From Nitrospirota bacterium (lineage in GTDB: Bacteria; Nitrospirota; UBA9217), in assembly GCA_045403145.1 (NCBI GenBank), contig JAXIPA010000177.1:1-62935 (forward strand): DNA of 62,935 nt. The letters run 5' to 3'. The notes under the pieces were generated by a model. The model worked only from the letters and a program-made list of their open reading frames with translations, was not told the DNA's origin and made no database searches. Position 1 is the stretch's first letter. Each line of letters begins with the position of its first letter. The translations under genes were made by a program, and so were the position numbers. This document shows, one piece after another, positions 8,442-18,231 of this stretch.

Positions 8442-9095
8442 GTGCGACTACCACTTTTTTTCATATTGGTCTTTGTTTGCGTTCTTGGCCTTCTATCGGC
8501 CGAAAACTGTTACGCCGCAATCTATAAGTACGTCGACAGCGACGGGATCATTCATTTTGCCGACGACCTGCAGTCCGTCCCCGAGCAATACCGGACAACC
8601 GCCAAAATTGTGAGCGGTGAGGCAGTCGAGAAGCTGCCCGCAGGCCCGTCACGGCAAGGGCAGCCGAAGATGCAGGCCGGGTCCGCGGCGCAGGAGCCCG
8701 CGCCTGTCGGGGAAGCCGAAAAACAGAAACCAGCCGGCGCGTCGCCTGCAGCCGGATTCTTCGGCAGGACGGCCGTCATCTCGGTCATCGTCGTGGTCAG
8801 CGCCGTCTTAGCCTTCATCATCCTGGGGATAGTCCCTACGGACCATAAGAAGGTTATTGCCGTTGTCCGGAGAACCATTCTGGGGGGAGCAGCGCTGTAT
8901 CTCATCTATGCGCACGCGGGCGATGTGGTCCGTGTCTTCAGCGCCGTCGGCAATAAGGTAGATTCAGTGCGGCGGCAATCAGAGGAAAAAGGCAAGAAAG
9001 CCGCAAAAGCGGTGAAGGCCTTGAACTCGCTGGTTGAGGAGGCGGGGCAGGCTCCGGCCGGTCCCGCGGAAGCGGGGACGGAGAATGAAAAATAA
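8442..9095 (+). CDS. exported or membrane DUF4124-domain protein
   Basis: GTG start after GAGAGGAG. The signal-like N-terminus VRLPLFFILVFVCVLGLLSAENCYA is followed by IYKYVDSDGIIHFADD (DUF4124 signature). It then has a P/A/Q-rich linker, two hydrophobic segments and a charged tail. Confidence 0.6.
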   Translation: MRLPLFFILVFVCVLGLLSAENCYAAIYKYVDSDGIIHFADDLQSVPEQYRTTAKIVSGEAVEKLPAGPSRQGQPKMQAGSAAQEPAPVGEAEKQKPAGASPAAGFFGRTAVISVIVVVSAVLAFIILGIVPTDHKKVIAVVRRTILGGAALYLIYAHAGDVVRVFSAVGNKVDSVRRQSEEKGKKAAKAVKALNSLVEEAGQAPAGPAEAGTENEK

Positions 9096-9107
9096 GCGCA
9101 GGCGGGA

Positions 9108-10493
9108 TCAGTCTCCCTCCGTAATGTTTTTGATCGATGTGTAGACGATCTGCAGCATGCGTTCCAGTTCCTTCAAGGAAATCGAGAGCGGCGGCATGAG
9201 CACGATCACGTTGCCGAGCGGCCGGATGATAAGGCCCTGCTTGCGGCATTCGAGCATCACCCTGGCGCCGATCTTGTCAACGGGAGAATAGGGCTCTTTC
9301 GTCAGCCTGTTTTTTACGAGCTCGATTCCGACCATGAATCCCCTGTGCCGGACCTCGCCCACCTGTTTGAGTTTCCCGATGTGTTCCAGTTTTTTGGATA
9401 ACAATGCAATTTTCGGCCGAAGCCTGGTCAGCGTCTTTTCCTTGTGAAACAGGTCGATGCTGGCGTTGGCGGCGGCGCAGGCCAACGGATTTCCCGTGTA
9501 TGTATGGCCGTGGAAAAACGTCCTGAACTCGTGATGCTCCCCGAGAAAAGCCCGGTAAATCTCCTCGGTAGCGAGCGTCGCGGCAAGGGGCAGGTACCCG
9601 CCGGTCATGCCCTTGGCCAGGCAAAGGAGGTCCGGCGCAATCCCTTCGTGTTCGCAGGCGAACATCTTGCCGGTCCTGCCGAACCCGGTAGCGACCTCGT
9701 CGGCGATCATCAGGATATCGTATTTCGTGCAGAGCTCCCGGACCTTCCTGAGATATCCCGGCGGTTGCACGAGCATGCCCGCCGCGCCCTGGACGAGAGG
9801 CTCGATGATGAGGGCCGCGGTGACGGAGGCGTATTTCTGGATGGTCCGCTCGGCATGTGCGAAACAGGTTTTCTGGCATTCCGGATAGCTCAGGTCATGC
9901 ATGCAGCGATAACAGTAGGGAGAGGCGACCTTGCGGACCTGAAACAGAAGCGGCTTATACATCGCATGGAAGAGGTCGATGCCTCCCACGCTCACGGACC
10001 CGATGGTGTCGCCGTGGTATGATTCGGTAAGGGAAATAAAACCGGTCTTTCGCTGGTGCTGCGGCCCTTTCTGCTGCCAGTACTGAAAGGCTATCTTGAG
10101 CGCAATCTCAACCGCGGTGGATCCGCTGTCGGAGAAAAAGACTTTATCGAGCCCGGCCGGGGCGATCTTGACCAGTTTTTCCGCGAGCAGGACAGCGGGA
10201 ACATTCGACAGTCCGAGCAGGGTTGTATGGGCGATTTTTTTGAGCTGGGCGGCGACGGCCAGGTCTATCTCTTTTTTCCGGTGACCGTGGACCGTGACCC
10301 AGAGCGAGGACACTCCATCAAGGTAGCTCTTGCCGTGGACGTCGGTGAGCATGCTCCCTTTGCCGCTCTCAATGATGAGCTGCGGTTCTTTCTCCCAGTC
10401 CCGCATCTGGGTAAAGGGGTGCCAGAGGTATTTTTTGTCCAGTTTTTCCAGGTGGCCGGCACCGGCCCGTTTTCCCGTGCGTTGTGGCGTCAT
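9108..10493 (-). CDS. bioA: adenosylmethionine-8-amino-7-oxononanoate aminotransferase
   Basis: Start trimmed to ATG 10493 (MTPQRTGK...). Contains YLWHPFTQM, SDSGSTAVE, ADEVATGFGRTG and LAKGMTGGYLP, which is the class III aminotransferase BioA pattern. Confidence 0.88.
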   Translation of the reverse strand: MTPQRTGKRAGAGHLEKLDKKYLWHPFTQMRDWEKEPQLIIESGKGSMLTDVHGKSYLDGVSSLWVTVHGHRKKEIDLAVAAQLKKIAHTTLLGLSNVPAVLLAEKLVKIAPAGLDKVFFSDSGSTAVEIALKIAFQYWQQKGPQHQRKTGFISLTESYHGDTIGSVSVGGIDLFHAMYKPLLFQVRKVASPYCYRCMHDLSYPECQKTCFAHAERTIQKYASVTAALIIEPLVQGAAGMLVQPPGYLRKVRELCTKYDILMIADEVATGFGRTGKMFACEHEGIAPDLLCLAKGMTGGYLPLAATLATEEIYRAFLGEHHEFRTFFHGHTYTGNPLACAAANASIDLFHKEKTLTRLRPKIALLSKKLEHIGKLKQVGEVRHRGFMVGIELVKNRLTKEPYSPVDKIGARVMLECRKQGLIIRPLGNVIVLMPPLSISLKELERMLQIVYTSIKNITEGD

Positions 10494-10531
10494 GGTGTGC
10501 TCCCCGGTTGTTTCCGCATGCGTGAAGCAAT

Positions 10532-10555
10532 GCGCTCGTATTATAGTACGAGCGC
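10532..10555. promoter_or_regulatory. perfect 9-bp inverted repeat overlapping the bioA promoter (candidate operator)
   Basis: GCGCTCGTA-TTATAG-TACGAGCGC. Its centre contains the minus-strand TATAAT box. Confidence 0.4.
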
Positions 10556-10567
10556 TGTTTTTGTCAA
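10540..10567 (-). promoter_or_regulatory. sigma-70 consensus-like promoter for bioA (TTGACA-N16-TATAAT)
   Basis: On the minus strand, TTGACA is the complement of 10562..10567. A 16-nt spacer follows, then TATAAT (complement of 10540..10545). It lies about 45 nt upstream of the bioA ATG. Confidence 0.55.
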
Positions 10568-10580
10568 TAATAAAAAGGGC

Positions 10581-10610
10581 TTGAAAACTCTCGCTTCTTT
10601 CTGGTACAAT
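10581..10610 (+). promoter_or_regulatory. sigma-70-like promoter for htrA (TTGAAA-N18-TACAAT)
   Basis: TTGAAA at 10581..10586 and TACAAT at 10605..10610. It is divergent from the bioA promoter. Confidence 0.4.
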
Positions 10611-10683
10611 AACCAAAATTGAAGAGGAATGGTCCGTCTCATCCCTGTTGGAACGTCCACCGGCCTGGAGGTCTTTGATTACC

Positions 10684-12189
10684 ATGCTCAACAAGAAAAG
10701 ATTTTATCTGTCCGCAGCGTTTATTCTTGTTCTCGGCGTATTTGTGGGGCTTGTTTTATCGTCGCACCTCGACCTCATGTCTCCGCTCCCCGCCAAGAGC
10801 CAGATATCGTCCAAGTCGGTGGATATCCTGACGCAGCTCTCCGATGCCCAGTCCGAAGTCGCCGCGGTCGCGACCCCGTCAGTCGTGAACATATCAACGA
10901 TGAGAGTGGTCAAGTCGAGGGAAGAGGCGCCGTTCGACCTTTTTGACGACCCGTTCTTCAGGAGATTTTTCGGCGACCAGTTCCCCCATCCGAACATTCC
11001 GAAGGAGCATAAAGAGCAAAGCCTGGGGTCGGGCGTGATCGTGTCCGAGGACGGGTACATCGTCACGAACAATCACGTCATCGAGAAAGCCCAGGAGATC
11101 AAGGTGCTGCTCTCGAACAAAAAGGACTACAAGGCGAAACTGATCGGCGCAGACCCCAAGACCGACATCGCAGTCATCAAAATCGATGCAAAAGGGCTGC
11201 CTGCGCTGCCCTGGGGGGATTCCAACAAACTCCGCGTGGGAGAGGTCGCGTTTGCGATCGGGAACCCCTTCGGACTGAACCAAACGGTGACCATGGGCAT
11301 GATCAGCGCCGTCGGCCGCGCCAATGTGGGCATTGCCGACTACGAGGACTTCATCCAGACCGATGCGGCCATCAATCCCGGAAACTCCGGCGGAGCGCTC
11401 ATCAACGCTCATGGAGAGCTGATCGGCATTAATACCGCAATCCTGTCGCGGACCGGAGGCTATCAGGGCATCGGGTTCGCCGTGCCGAGCAGCATGGCCC
11501 GGCAGGTGATCGACAGCCTGGTGAAATACAAAAAAGTGGTGCGGGGGTGGCTCGGCGTCAGCATCCAGGAAGTCACGTCGGACCTTGCTGAGGAATTCGG
11601 CGTAACGGACCTTAAGGGCGCCCTTGTCAGCGGCGTAATGAAGGGAAGTCCGGCGGAAAAAGCAGGCATCAGGCAGGGAGACGTGATCCTCCAGTACAAC
11701 GGCAAAGTCGTAGAGGACACGGGGAACCTCAGGAACATGGTGTCCCAGACGCCCATCGGCACGACCGTGAAAGTAAGGGTCCTGCGCCAGAAGAAAGAGC
11801 TCGAGGTAGAAGTCACCATCGCGGAACTGCCGAAGAAACTGGCCGAGGCGTCTTCCGGCGAAGAAGACTCCGGTGAAAACGGCACTGGTGAAGAGGAAAG
11901 CGGCGCGCTCAGCGGGCTCGCCGTCCGCGAACTCACGCCCGAAATTGCAGGCCGTTTCGGCCTGGATGAGAACGAAAAGGGAGTGGTGGTGATGAAAGTG
12001 GACGCCGGCAGCAGGCTCTTTGAGGCGGGCGTCAGACCCGGCGATATCATTCTCCAGATCAACCAGCAAAATGTGAGCACGCTGGAAGAATATAAAAAAG
12101 CGGCGTCCAGGATAAAGGCCAAAGAAAGAGTACTGCTCCTCATTCGCAGGAAGGGACAGGACCTGTTCGTTACCATCAAACCGGAATAG
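10684..12189 (+). CDS. htrA: periplasmic serine endoprotease, HtrA/DegP/DegQ family, two PDZ domains
   Basis: Start at [10 protein letters not shown] with a signal anchor. The catalytic region contains TNNHV, DIAV and GNSGGAL. Two PDZ-like segments follow, separated by an acidic linker. Confidence 0.9.
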   Translation: MLNKKRFYLSAAFILVLGVFVGLVLSSHLDLMSPLPAKSQISSKSVDILTQLSDAQSEVAAVATPSVVNISTMRVVKSREEAPFDLFDDPFFRRFFGDQFPHPNIPKEHKEQSLGSGVIVSEDGYIVTNNHVIEKAQEIKVLLSNKKDYKAKLIGADPKTDIAVIKIDAKGLPALPWGDSNKLRVGEVAFAIGNPFGLNQTVTMGMISAVGRANVGIADYEDFIQTDAAINPGNSGGALINAHGELIGINTAILSRTGGYQGIGFAVPSSMARQVIDSLVKYKKVVRGWLGVSIQEVTSDLAEEFGVTDLKGALVSGVMKGSPAEKAGIRQGDVILQYNGKVVEDTGNLRNMVSQTPIGTTVKVRVLRQKKELEVEVTIAELPKKLAEASSGEEDSGENGTGEEESGALSGLAVRELTPEIAGRFGLDENEKGVVVMKVDAGSRLFEAGVRPGDIILQINQQNVSTLEEYKKAASRIKAKERVLLLIRRKGQDLFVTIKPE

Positions 12190-12274
12190 CTTTGCTTCCC
12201 TGCATTGCGTAGTTCCCTCGGCAGACAGGCGGCATTTCCATATCATTTCATTCATACACTCTTGGGAAAGGGAG

Positions 12275-13303
12275 GTGAGAACGATGGGACTTATCCTTAT
12301 ACGGTTGTTGTTTGTTTTGATAAGCACCCTGCTTGGGTACTATGTGTCCACGCAGCTTTATGGCCAGGTAAGCAAGATCGAAGGCATGGCGGTAGGGTTT
12401 GGCGTGGCGGTCCTGATCATCCTTACCGAATTTTTGTTCAGACGGGTCTCGTTAAAGGTCATTATCGGCGGTATCCTCGGCTTCATCCTCGGACTGACGT
12501 CAGCGAACATCATGGCTGCGCCCCTCAAGCTCGTGCCGCTCGAGCGGAGCATAGTGAACTTCATCCTGCTTCTCATGAACGGCTTCTTCGGGTACACCGG
12601 CATCATGATCGGCATCAGGGAAGGGGAGCGCTTCAATCCCGCCAACATCAAGAAGCTGTTCAAGAGCGGCGGGGAAGAGAACATCAAGATCATGGACACG
12701 AGCGTGATCATCGACGGCAGGATCGCGGACGTTTGCGAGACGGAGTTTCTGGACGGTACGATCATCATCCCCCAGTTCATCCTGCATGAACTGCAGCACA
12801 TTGCGGATTCCTCCGATTCCCTGAAACGGGCGAGGGGCAGGAGGGGGCTCGACATCCTGCACCGCATTCAGAAGATGAGCCATATGGAGGTCCGTATCGT
12901 CGAGGAGGACTTTCCGAAGATCCGGGAGGTGGACAGCAAGCTGATCGCGCTGGCCAAGAAGCTCGGCGCCAAGGTCATCACGAACGATTTCAACCTCAAT
13001 AAGGTGGCGGAGCTCCAGGGCGTCAAGGTGCTGAATATCAACGATCTGTCGAACGCGGTGAAACCGGTTGCGCTGCCCGGAGAGAGCATGCGGGTGTTCG
13101 TGCTGAAGGAAGGCAAGGAACCCGGCCAGGGAGTCGCGTATCTCGACGACGGCACGATGATCGTGGTGGAGAACGGCAGGAAGTATATCAACAAGAACGT
13201 CGACGTGGCGGTCACGAGCGTGCTCCAGACCGCTGCCGGGAGGATGATTTTTACAAAGCTGAGGGAAGAAGTCGAGCACGATCTGCAGACGACGGAGCGG
13301 TAG
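12275..13303 (+). CDS. membrane-anchored PIN/TRAM domain protein (YacL-like)
   Basis: The N-terminal ~120 aa are hydrophobic. A PIN-like region follows ([12 protein letters not shown]...[10 protein letters not shown]...[12 protein letters not shown]), then a C-terminal TRAM-like beta segment. Confidence 0.75.
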   Translation: MRTMGLILIRLLFVLISTLLGYYVSTQLYGQVSKIEGMAVGFGVAVLIILTEFLFRRVSLKVIIGGILGFILGLTSANIMAAPLKLVPLERSIVNFILLLMNGFFGYTGIMIGIREGERFNPANIKKLFKSGGEENIKIMDTSVIIDGRIADVCETEFLDGTIIIPQFILHELQHIADSSDSLKRARGRRGLDILHRIQKMSHMEVRIVEEDFPKIREVDSKLIALAKKLGAKVITNDFNLNKVAELQGVKVLNINDLSNAVKPVALPGESMRVFVLKEGKEPGQGVAYLDDGTMIVVENGRKYINKNVDVAVTSVLQTAAGRMIFTKLREEVEHDLQTTER

Positions 13304-13321
13304 GGCCGCCGCAATACGGCG

Positions 13322-13410
13322 ATTTCAAATTGCAAAGTGAAAATTGCAAAGTGAAAATATTGATGCGATTTCATTTTGAAATTTGAAATTTACAATTTGC
13401 ATTTTGCACT
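13322..13410. repeat. heptamer-periodic repeat pair (TGCAAAR word family)
   Basis: ATTTCAA ATTGCAA AGTGAAA ATTGCAA AGTGAAA ... CATTTTG AAATTTG AAATTTA CAATTTG CATTTTG CACT. Located between the PIN/TRAM gene and yebC. Confidence 0.7.
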
Positions 13411-13433
13411 AATCTTTTGTTTACGGAGGTTTC

Positions 13434-14177
13434 ATGTCAGGTCATTCGAAATGGGCGACAACGAAGCACAAGAAAGCCGCAACCGACGCGAAACGCGGAA
13501 AGATTTTCACCAAGCTCGCCAAGGAAATAACCGTTGCAGCCAAGCTCGGCGGCGGCGATCCCGGCGGGAACCCCCGCCTCAGGACCGCGATCGCCAAGGC
13601 CAAAGGGGTCAGCCTGCCTGCTGAAAATATCAAGCGCGCGATCCAGAAAGGTACGGGCGAACTGCCGGGGGTCTCGTACGAGGAAATAAACTACGAAGGC
13701 TACGGGCCGGCCGGCGTCGCGGTGATCGTGGAAGTCATGACCGACAACCGGAACAGGACCGTCTCCGAAATCCGCAACATTTTCAGCAAAGCAGGCGGCA
13801 ACATGGGCGAGGCCGGCTGCGTTTCCTGGATGTTCCACAAGAAGGGGTATATGGTGGTCAACAGCGCCAAGGTTGAAGAAGACAAGCTCATGACCCTGGC
13901 GCTGGATGCAGGCGCTGAAGACATGCAGACCGAGGACGATAATTTCGTCATCACGACGCCGCCAAACGACTTCGAAAAGGTGAAAAAGGCGCTCGAGGAC
14001 GCCGGTGTGACTTTGGATGCCGCCGAGGTCACGATGGTCCCGCAGACCTACGTGAAGTTGGACGGCAAGGAAGCCCAGCAGATGCTGCGTCTCGTCGAGA
14101 CGCTGGAAGACAATGATGATGTGCAAAACGTATACGCCAACTTCGATATTCCCGAAGAGATCATGAACGCGGTGTAA
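13434..14177 (+). CDS. yebC: YebC/PmpR family DNA-binding transcriptional regulator
   Basis: 247 aa, starting [28 protein letters not shown]. This is a diagnostic YebC N-terminus, and the gene sits upstream of ruvC as in many bacteria. Confidence 0.92.
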   Translation: MSGHSKWATTKHKKAATDAKRGKIFTKLAKEITVAAKLGGGDPGGNPRLRTAIAKAKGVSLPAENIKRAIQKGTGELPGVSYEEINYEGYGPAGVAVIVEVMTDNRNRTVSEIRNIFSKAGGNMGEAGCVSWMFHKKGYMVVNSAKVEEDKLMTLALDAGAEDMQTEDDNFVITTPPNDFEKVKKALEDAGVTLDAAEVTMVPQTYVKLDGKEAQQMLRLVETLEDNDDVQNVYANFDIPEEIMNAV

Positions 14178-14197
14178 CTGCGGAGCGAGTCGACCGC

Positions 14198-14236
14198 CTG
14201 CACCCAGTGTTTACGAGCGACCTCGCGAGTGCAGGG
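14198..14236 (+). repeat. copy 1 of a ~40-nt conserved palindromic motif
   Basis: CCTGCACCCAGTGTTTACGAGCGACCTCGCGAGTGCAGG, located between yebC and ruvC. The 7-bp ends CCTGCAC/GTGCAGG are complementary. Confidence 0.75.
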
Positions 14237-14294
14237 TGTGTCAGCGTGATTCTTTACGGCAACATGGTTGCCTCGGTCCAAAATGGGGGGATGT

Positions 14295-14849
14295 ATGAGG
14301 GTGCTGGGGATTGACCCGGGAACGCTGACAAGCGGATACGGAATCGTGGCGGAAGAAGATCACAAGCTCTTCCACGTTGTTTCGGGCGGCATCAGTCCGT
14401 CCGCCAAGCAGCCCTTCCCAAGGCGGCTCAAAAAGATCTACGAAGAGCTTGAGAAACTCATCGACAAGCACAAGCCGCATGTCGTCGTCATCGAGGATCT
14501 GTTCGTTTCCAAAAACATCAAATCTGCGCTCAAGCTCGGCCATGCGCGCGGTGTCGCGATCGTGGTGGCCATGAACGCCGGCCTTCCGGTGTTCGAGTAC
14601 GCGCCGCTGGAGGTCAAACAGGCGGTGGTGGGTCACGGGAAGGCGGAAAAAAATCAGGTGCAATTGATGGTCAAGGCCCTGCTGGACCTCCCGAAAGTTC
14701 CGCATCCCGCGGACGCGGCCGACGCCCTTGCCGCGGCGATCTGCCACATTCATTCATCCCGGCTCAGGGAAATTCTCAGGAACCCGGCGGCCCTGCGTCA
14801 GCCGGGCAAGGGGATCGGCGCCGTCAGGGGCGCAGGCAGGATGCGATGA
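14295..14849 (+). CDS. ruvC: crossover junction endodeoxyribonuclease RuvC
   Basis: Starts MRVLGIDPGTLTSGYGIV and contains VVIEDLF. Followed directly by ruvA with a 4-nt overlap. Confidence 0.9.
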   Translation: MRVLGIDPGTLTSGYGIVAEEDHKLFHVVSGGISPSAKQPFPRRLKKIYEELEKLIDKHKPHVVVIEDLFVSKNIKSALKLGHARGVAIVVAMNAGLPVFEYAPLEVKQAVVGHGKAEKNQVQLMVKALLDLPKVPHPADAADALAAAICHIHSSRLREILRNPAALRQPGKGIGAVRGAGRMR

Positions 14850-15445
14850 TCGCATCGCTGACAGGCAGGCTGAGGCGAAAGGCAACCGATTATCTGGTCG
14901 TCGACGTGTCCGGCGTCGGCTACCAGGTGCAGGCGCCCCTGTCGACCTACAGCGGCATCCCTGAAACCGGTGAAGAGGTCACTCTCCATATTCATACCTA
15001 CGTGCGGGAAGATTCCCTCTCGCTCTTTGGTTTTCTTACCGAGGCGGAAAAGGACATGTTTCTGCTTCTCACCGGGGTTTCGGGCATCGGCCCCCGGCTT
15101 GCGCTCGCCGTTCTGTCGAGTCTGTCCATCGCGGACATTGCTGCCGCCATCCAGTCTTCGGACGATTCAAAACTCCGTACCATTCCCGGGATCGGCAGGA
15201 AGACCGCCGCGCGCATGGTGCTTGAGCTGAAGGACAAAATAACCGTGGTGGCTGCCGCTGCAACACGGCGCGACCAGACCGCGGCGGGGGAAGACCGCTT
15301 CGAAGACGCCGTTTCAGCGCTCGTGAACCTGGGGTATAAGAAGCCGCTCGCGGAAGATGCACTCAGGAAGGTCCTGCATGAGCGTCCCGGGCGCGCGATC
15401 GAAGATCTGATCCGGGACGGTTTGCAGATGTTGATGAAGAGATAG
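14846..15445 (+). CDS. ruvA: Holliday junction branch migration complex subunit RuvA
   Basis: 199 aa. Starts MIASLTGRL and contains GVGYQV, LLTGVSGIGPRLA and IPGIGRKTAARM (helix-hairpin-helix motifs). Confidence 0.92.
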   Translation: MIASLTGRLRRKATDYLVVDVSGVGYQVQAPLSTYSGIPETGEEVTLHIHTYVREDSLSLFGFLTEAEKDMFLLLTGVSGIGPRLALAVLSSLSIADIAAAIQSSDDSKLRTIPGIGRKTAARMVLELKDKITVVAAAATRRDQTAAGEDRFEDAVSALVNLGYKKPLAEDALRKVLHERPGRAIEDLIRDGLQMLMKR

Positions 15446-15449
15446 AAAA

Positions 15450-15525
15450 ACAGGAGTCAGCATTCAGGAGCCGGAATCCAGAATGATAGTGTCAAACGCT
15501 GATTCTTCCGACTCCTGGTTCCTGT
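15450..15525. repeat. heptamer-periodic inverted repeat (CAGGAGY word family)
   Basis: ACAGGAG TCAGCAT TCAGGAG CCGGAAT CCAGAAT ... GATTCTT CCGACTC CTGGTTC CTGT. It fills the ruvA-ruvB gap. Confidence 0.75.
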
Positions 15526-15540
15526 CCTCCGGGAGAAAAA

Positions 15541-16560
15541 TTGTCCAAAAGAATCATTGAACCTGAACAGCACGACGATGAAGTACAGCTCGACCGAACC
15601 CTTCGGCCGCTCCGCTTCGAGGATTTCGTGGGGCAGGACAGGATCAAGGAAAACCTGCGCGTTTTTATCACGGCGGCCAGGGGCAGGGGAGAGGCGCTGG
15701 ACCATGTTCTGTTCTGCGGCCCGCCGGGACTCGGCAAGACCACGCTGGCGAACATCATCGCGCACGAGCTGGGGGTCGGCATCAAGGCCACGTCAGGTCC
15801 CGTGCTCGAGCGCGCGGGAGACCTGGCCGCGATTCTGACGAATCTGCAGGAGCGCGACGTGCTGTTCATCGATGAAATCCACCGGCTGAACCGGGTCGTC
15901 GAGGAGATCCTGTACCCGGCCATGGAGGATTTCAAGCTCGATATCATCATCGGGCAGGGACCGGGGGCGCGCTCCATCAAGCTTGATTTGCCGCATTTCA
16001 CCCTGGTGGGCGCAACTACACGAACGGGCCTGCTCACCTCTCCGCTGCGGGACCGTTTCGGCGTTATCGACAGGCTTGGCTTTTATGGTCCCGAAGAACT
16101 CAAAAAAATCATTCAGCGGTCCGCGGGACTGCTCGAGACGGCGATACATCCCGCGGCGGCCGTTGAAATCGCGCGCCGCTCGCGGGGCACGCCGAGGATT
16201 GCCAACCGGCTTCTCCGGAGAGTGAGGGACTTTGCCCAGGTGCAGGGCGACGGGACCATAGCGCAGGATCTGGTTGCGAGCTCCATGAAGAGGCTTGAGG
16301 TGGATGAGAAAGGGTTTGATCACATGGACCGCAAACTCCTGCTTGCCGTCATCGACAAGTTCGAGGGAGGCCCGGTAGGGCTCGAAACCCTCGCCGCCGC
16401 GCTGAACGAGGAGAAAGACACCATCGAGGACGTGTACGAACCGTTTCTGATCCAGGAAGGTTTTCTCGACCGGACCCCCCGGGGGAGGCAGGCGACGCGC
16501 CTGGCTTTCGAATATTTCGGCAGAAAGAAGCCCGCATCGGCGCAGGAACGGCTGCTGTAA
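15541..16560 (+). CDS. ruvB: Holliday junction branch migration DNA helicase RuvB
   Basis: 339 aa with a TTG start. Contains [12 protein letters not shown], the Walker [12 protein letters not shown], and DEIHRL. Confidence 0.95.
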   Translation: MSKRIIEPEQHDDEVQLDRTLRPLRFEDFVGQDRIKENLRVFITAARGRGEALDHVLFCGPPGLGKTTLANIIAHELGVGIKATSGPVLERAGDLAAILTNLQERDVLFIDEIHRLNRVVEEILYPAMEDFKLDIIIGQGPGARSIKLDLPHFTLVGATTRTGLLTSPLRDRFGVIDRLGFYGPEELKKIIQRSAGLLETAIHPAAAVEIARRSRGTPRIANRLLRRVRDFAQVQGDGTIAQDLVASSMKRLEVDEKGFDHMDRKLLLAVIDKFEGGPVGLETLAAALNEEKDTIEDVYEPFLIQEGFLDRTPRGRQATRLAFEYFGRKKPASAQERLL

Positions 16561-16589
16561 AAAAGGGAAACACCGAGGGAGGTGCTGAT

Positions 16590-18188
16590 TTGCCCGCAAA
16601 TGCTTTAACTTCGAAGAATACCCATTCTCGTTCCTTTGTCTATTACCTTGTTCTCACCGCGGTTATCTGCGGCGCTCTGGTCATGGTCATTGAGATCCTC
16701 GGCTCCCGCGTCATCGGGCCGTTTTTCGGGGCAAGCCTCTTTGTCTGGACATCTCTTATTACCGTTACCCTGGTTGCCCTCGCTTGCGGGTATGCTGCGG
16801 GCGGCGTACTTTCCGACAAAAAAGGATCTCCCGATTACCTGTACGGCATTATCCTCCTGGCAGGCGTGCTGATTCTTCTGGTTCCCCTTTTGAAAGGGCC
16901 GGTCCTCAGAACCGCATTACCTTTTGGTCTCCGCTCTGGAGCTTTCCTCAGTTCATTGGCGCTTTTTGGCCCTGCGTTGTTTCTTCTGGGTTGCGTGTCT
17001 CCCTACCTTGTCAAAATTGCCGCCGTTGAGATGCGGAATATCGGCAGAACGGTCGGGGTCTTCTACGCCATTTCAACCATCGGGAGTTTTCTGGGCACGG
17101 TGTTGACCGGTTTCATTTTCATTGCGTACTTCAAGGTGAACCAGATATTCGCCGTTACCGGGCTGCTCCTCGTGTGCTTGTCAGCGGGTTATTTTGTTTT
17201 TTGGAAAGGCAAACGATGGGTCGCGGCATTTATTCTCCTGCCGTTCCTCCTCTATCACGGCGGCGATACGCCTGTCTCGAAGCTCAGAAAAAGCGGGACG
17301 AGGGTCACGAAAATACTCAGTAAGGACGGTTTTTATGGAAACCTGAAGGTGGTGGATTATTCTTATGGTGAAAAGCACACCCGTGAGTTGATGATAGAGG
17401 GGCAGATCCAGGGTGGCATCGACATGAAAAGCAGGTTGTCGGTGTATGGGTACACCTATTTCCTGGAAGCCCTCCCCTACAGCATCAACCCCGAAGGAAA
17501 GAACTGTCTGGTGATCGGCCTGGGGGCGGGCGTGGTTCCTGTCTGGTATGAAAGCAGGGGCGTGAAGACGGATGTCGTAGATATCGACCCGGATGTTGTG
17601 AGGATAGCGCGTGATTACTTCGGTTTTTCTTTGCAGGGCGAGGTGGTCGTTTCCGACGCCCGCTACTATCTTAATACATCGAACAAAAAATATGACTACG
17701 TCATCATGGATGTGTCGAACGGGGATACCACACCGGGGCACATACTCAGTATTGAAGCGTTGCAGCTCGTGCGGGCCCGGATGACGGAACGGGGCATCTT
17801 CGCCATCAATTTTATCGGGAGCCTCAAGAACGAGAACTTCATGACGGCATCCATCATCAGGACCCTCGAGAGCGCGTTCACGACGGTGAGGATCTATCCG
17901 AATTTTCTTCCTGAAGAGGGCGATGGAATCGGCAATATCACCGTCCTCGCCTATGCCTATCCGTTCCCGCCCGTAGATATAAAAACACTTCCCGCGGATT
18001 TTCCCGTTCATCCGCTGGCGCAGGAAAATGTAAGGCGTGTCTTCGGTCAGACATTCCAGTTTCCCCAGGGGACAAAAGCGGCTGTCCTTTCCGATGATTA
18101 CAATCCGATTGATTTCAGCGATGCATGGCTCAAGGAACGCTTGCGGAAGGGTATCCTCGACAATACCGACTGGGAGGTGTTGATATGA
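16590..18188 (+). CDS. fused polytopic membrane domain / spermidine synthase-like methyltransferase-fold protein
   Basis: 532 aa. About 7 TM segments are followed by a spermidine-synthase-like domain (VIGLGAGV...DVVDIDP...YDYVIMDV). Confidence 0.65.
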   Translation: MPANALTSKNTHSRSFVYYLVLTAVICGALVMVIEILGSRVIGPFFGASLFVWTSLITVTLVALACGYAAGGVLSDKKGSPDYLYGIILLAGVLILLVPLLKGPVLRTALPFGLRSGAFLSSLALFGPALFLLGCVSPYLVKIAAVEMRNIGRTVGVFYAISTIGSFLGTVLTGFIFIAYFKVNQIFAVTGLLLVCLSAGYFVFWKGKRWVAAFILLPFLLYHGGDTPVSKLRKSGTRVTKILSKDGFYGNLKVVDYSYGEKHTRELMIEGQIQGGIDMKSRLSVYGYTYFLEALPYSINPEGKNCLVIGLGAGVVPVWYESRGVKTDVVDIDPDVVRIARDYFGFSLQGEVVVSDARYYLNTSNKKYDYVIMDVSNGDTTPGHILSIEALQLVRARMTERGIFAINFIGSLKNENFMTASIIRTLESAFTTVRIYPNFLPEEGDGIGNITVLAYAYPFPPVDIKTLPADFPVHPLAQENVRRVFGQTFQFPQGTKAAVLSDDYNPIDFSDAWLKERLRKGILDNTDWEVLI

Positions 18189-18231
18189 TTTTGGCGCCCT
18201 TTGTCGTCCGAGTCCGGATCGGTGTGCTTCC

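Noticed and set aside
10894-12327. A 477-aa minus-strand ORF opposite htrA.
   Set aside because: It is an antisense shadow. htrA has the catalytic triad and PDZ motifs, and the opposite frame has none.
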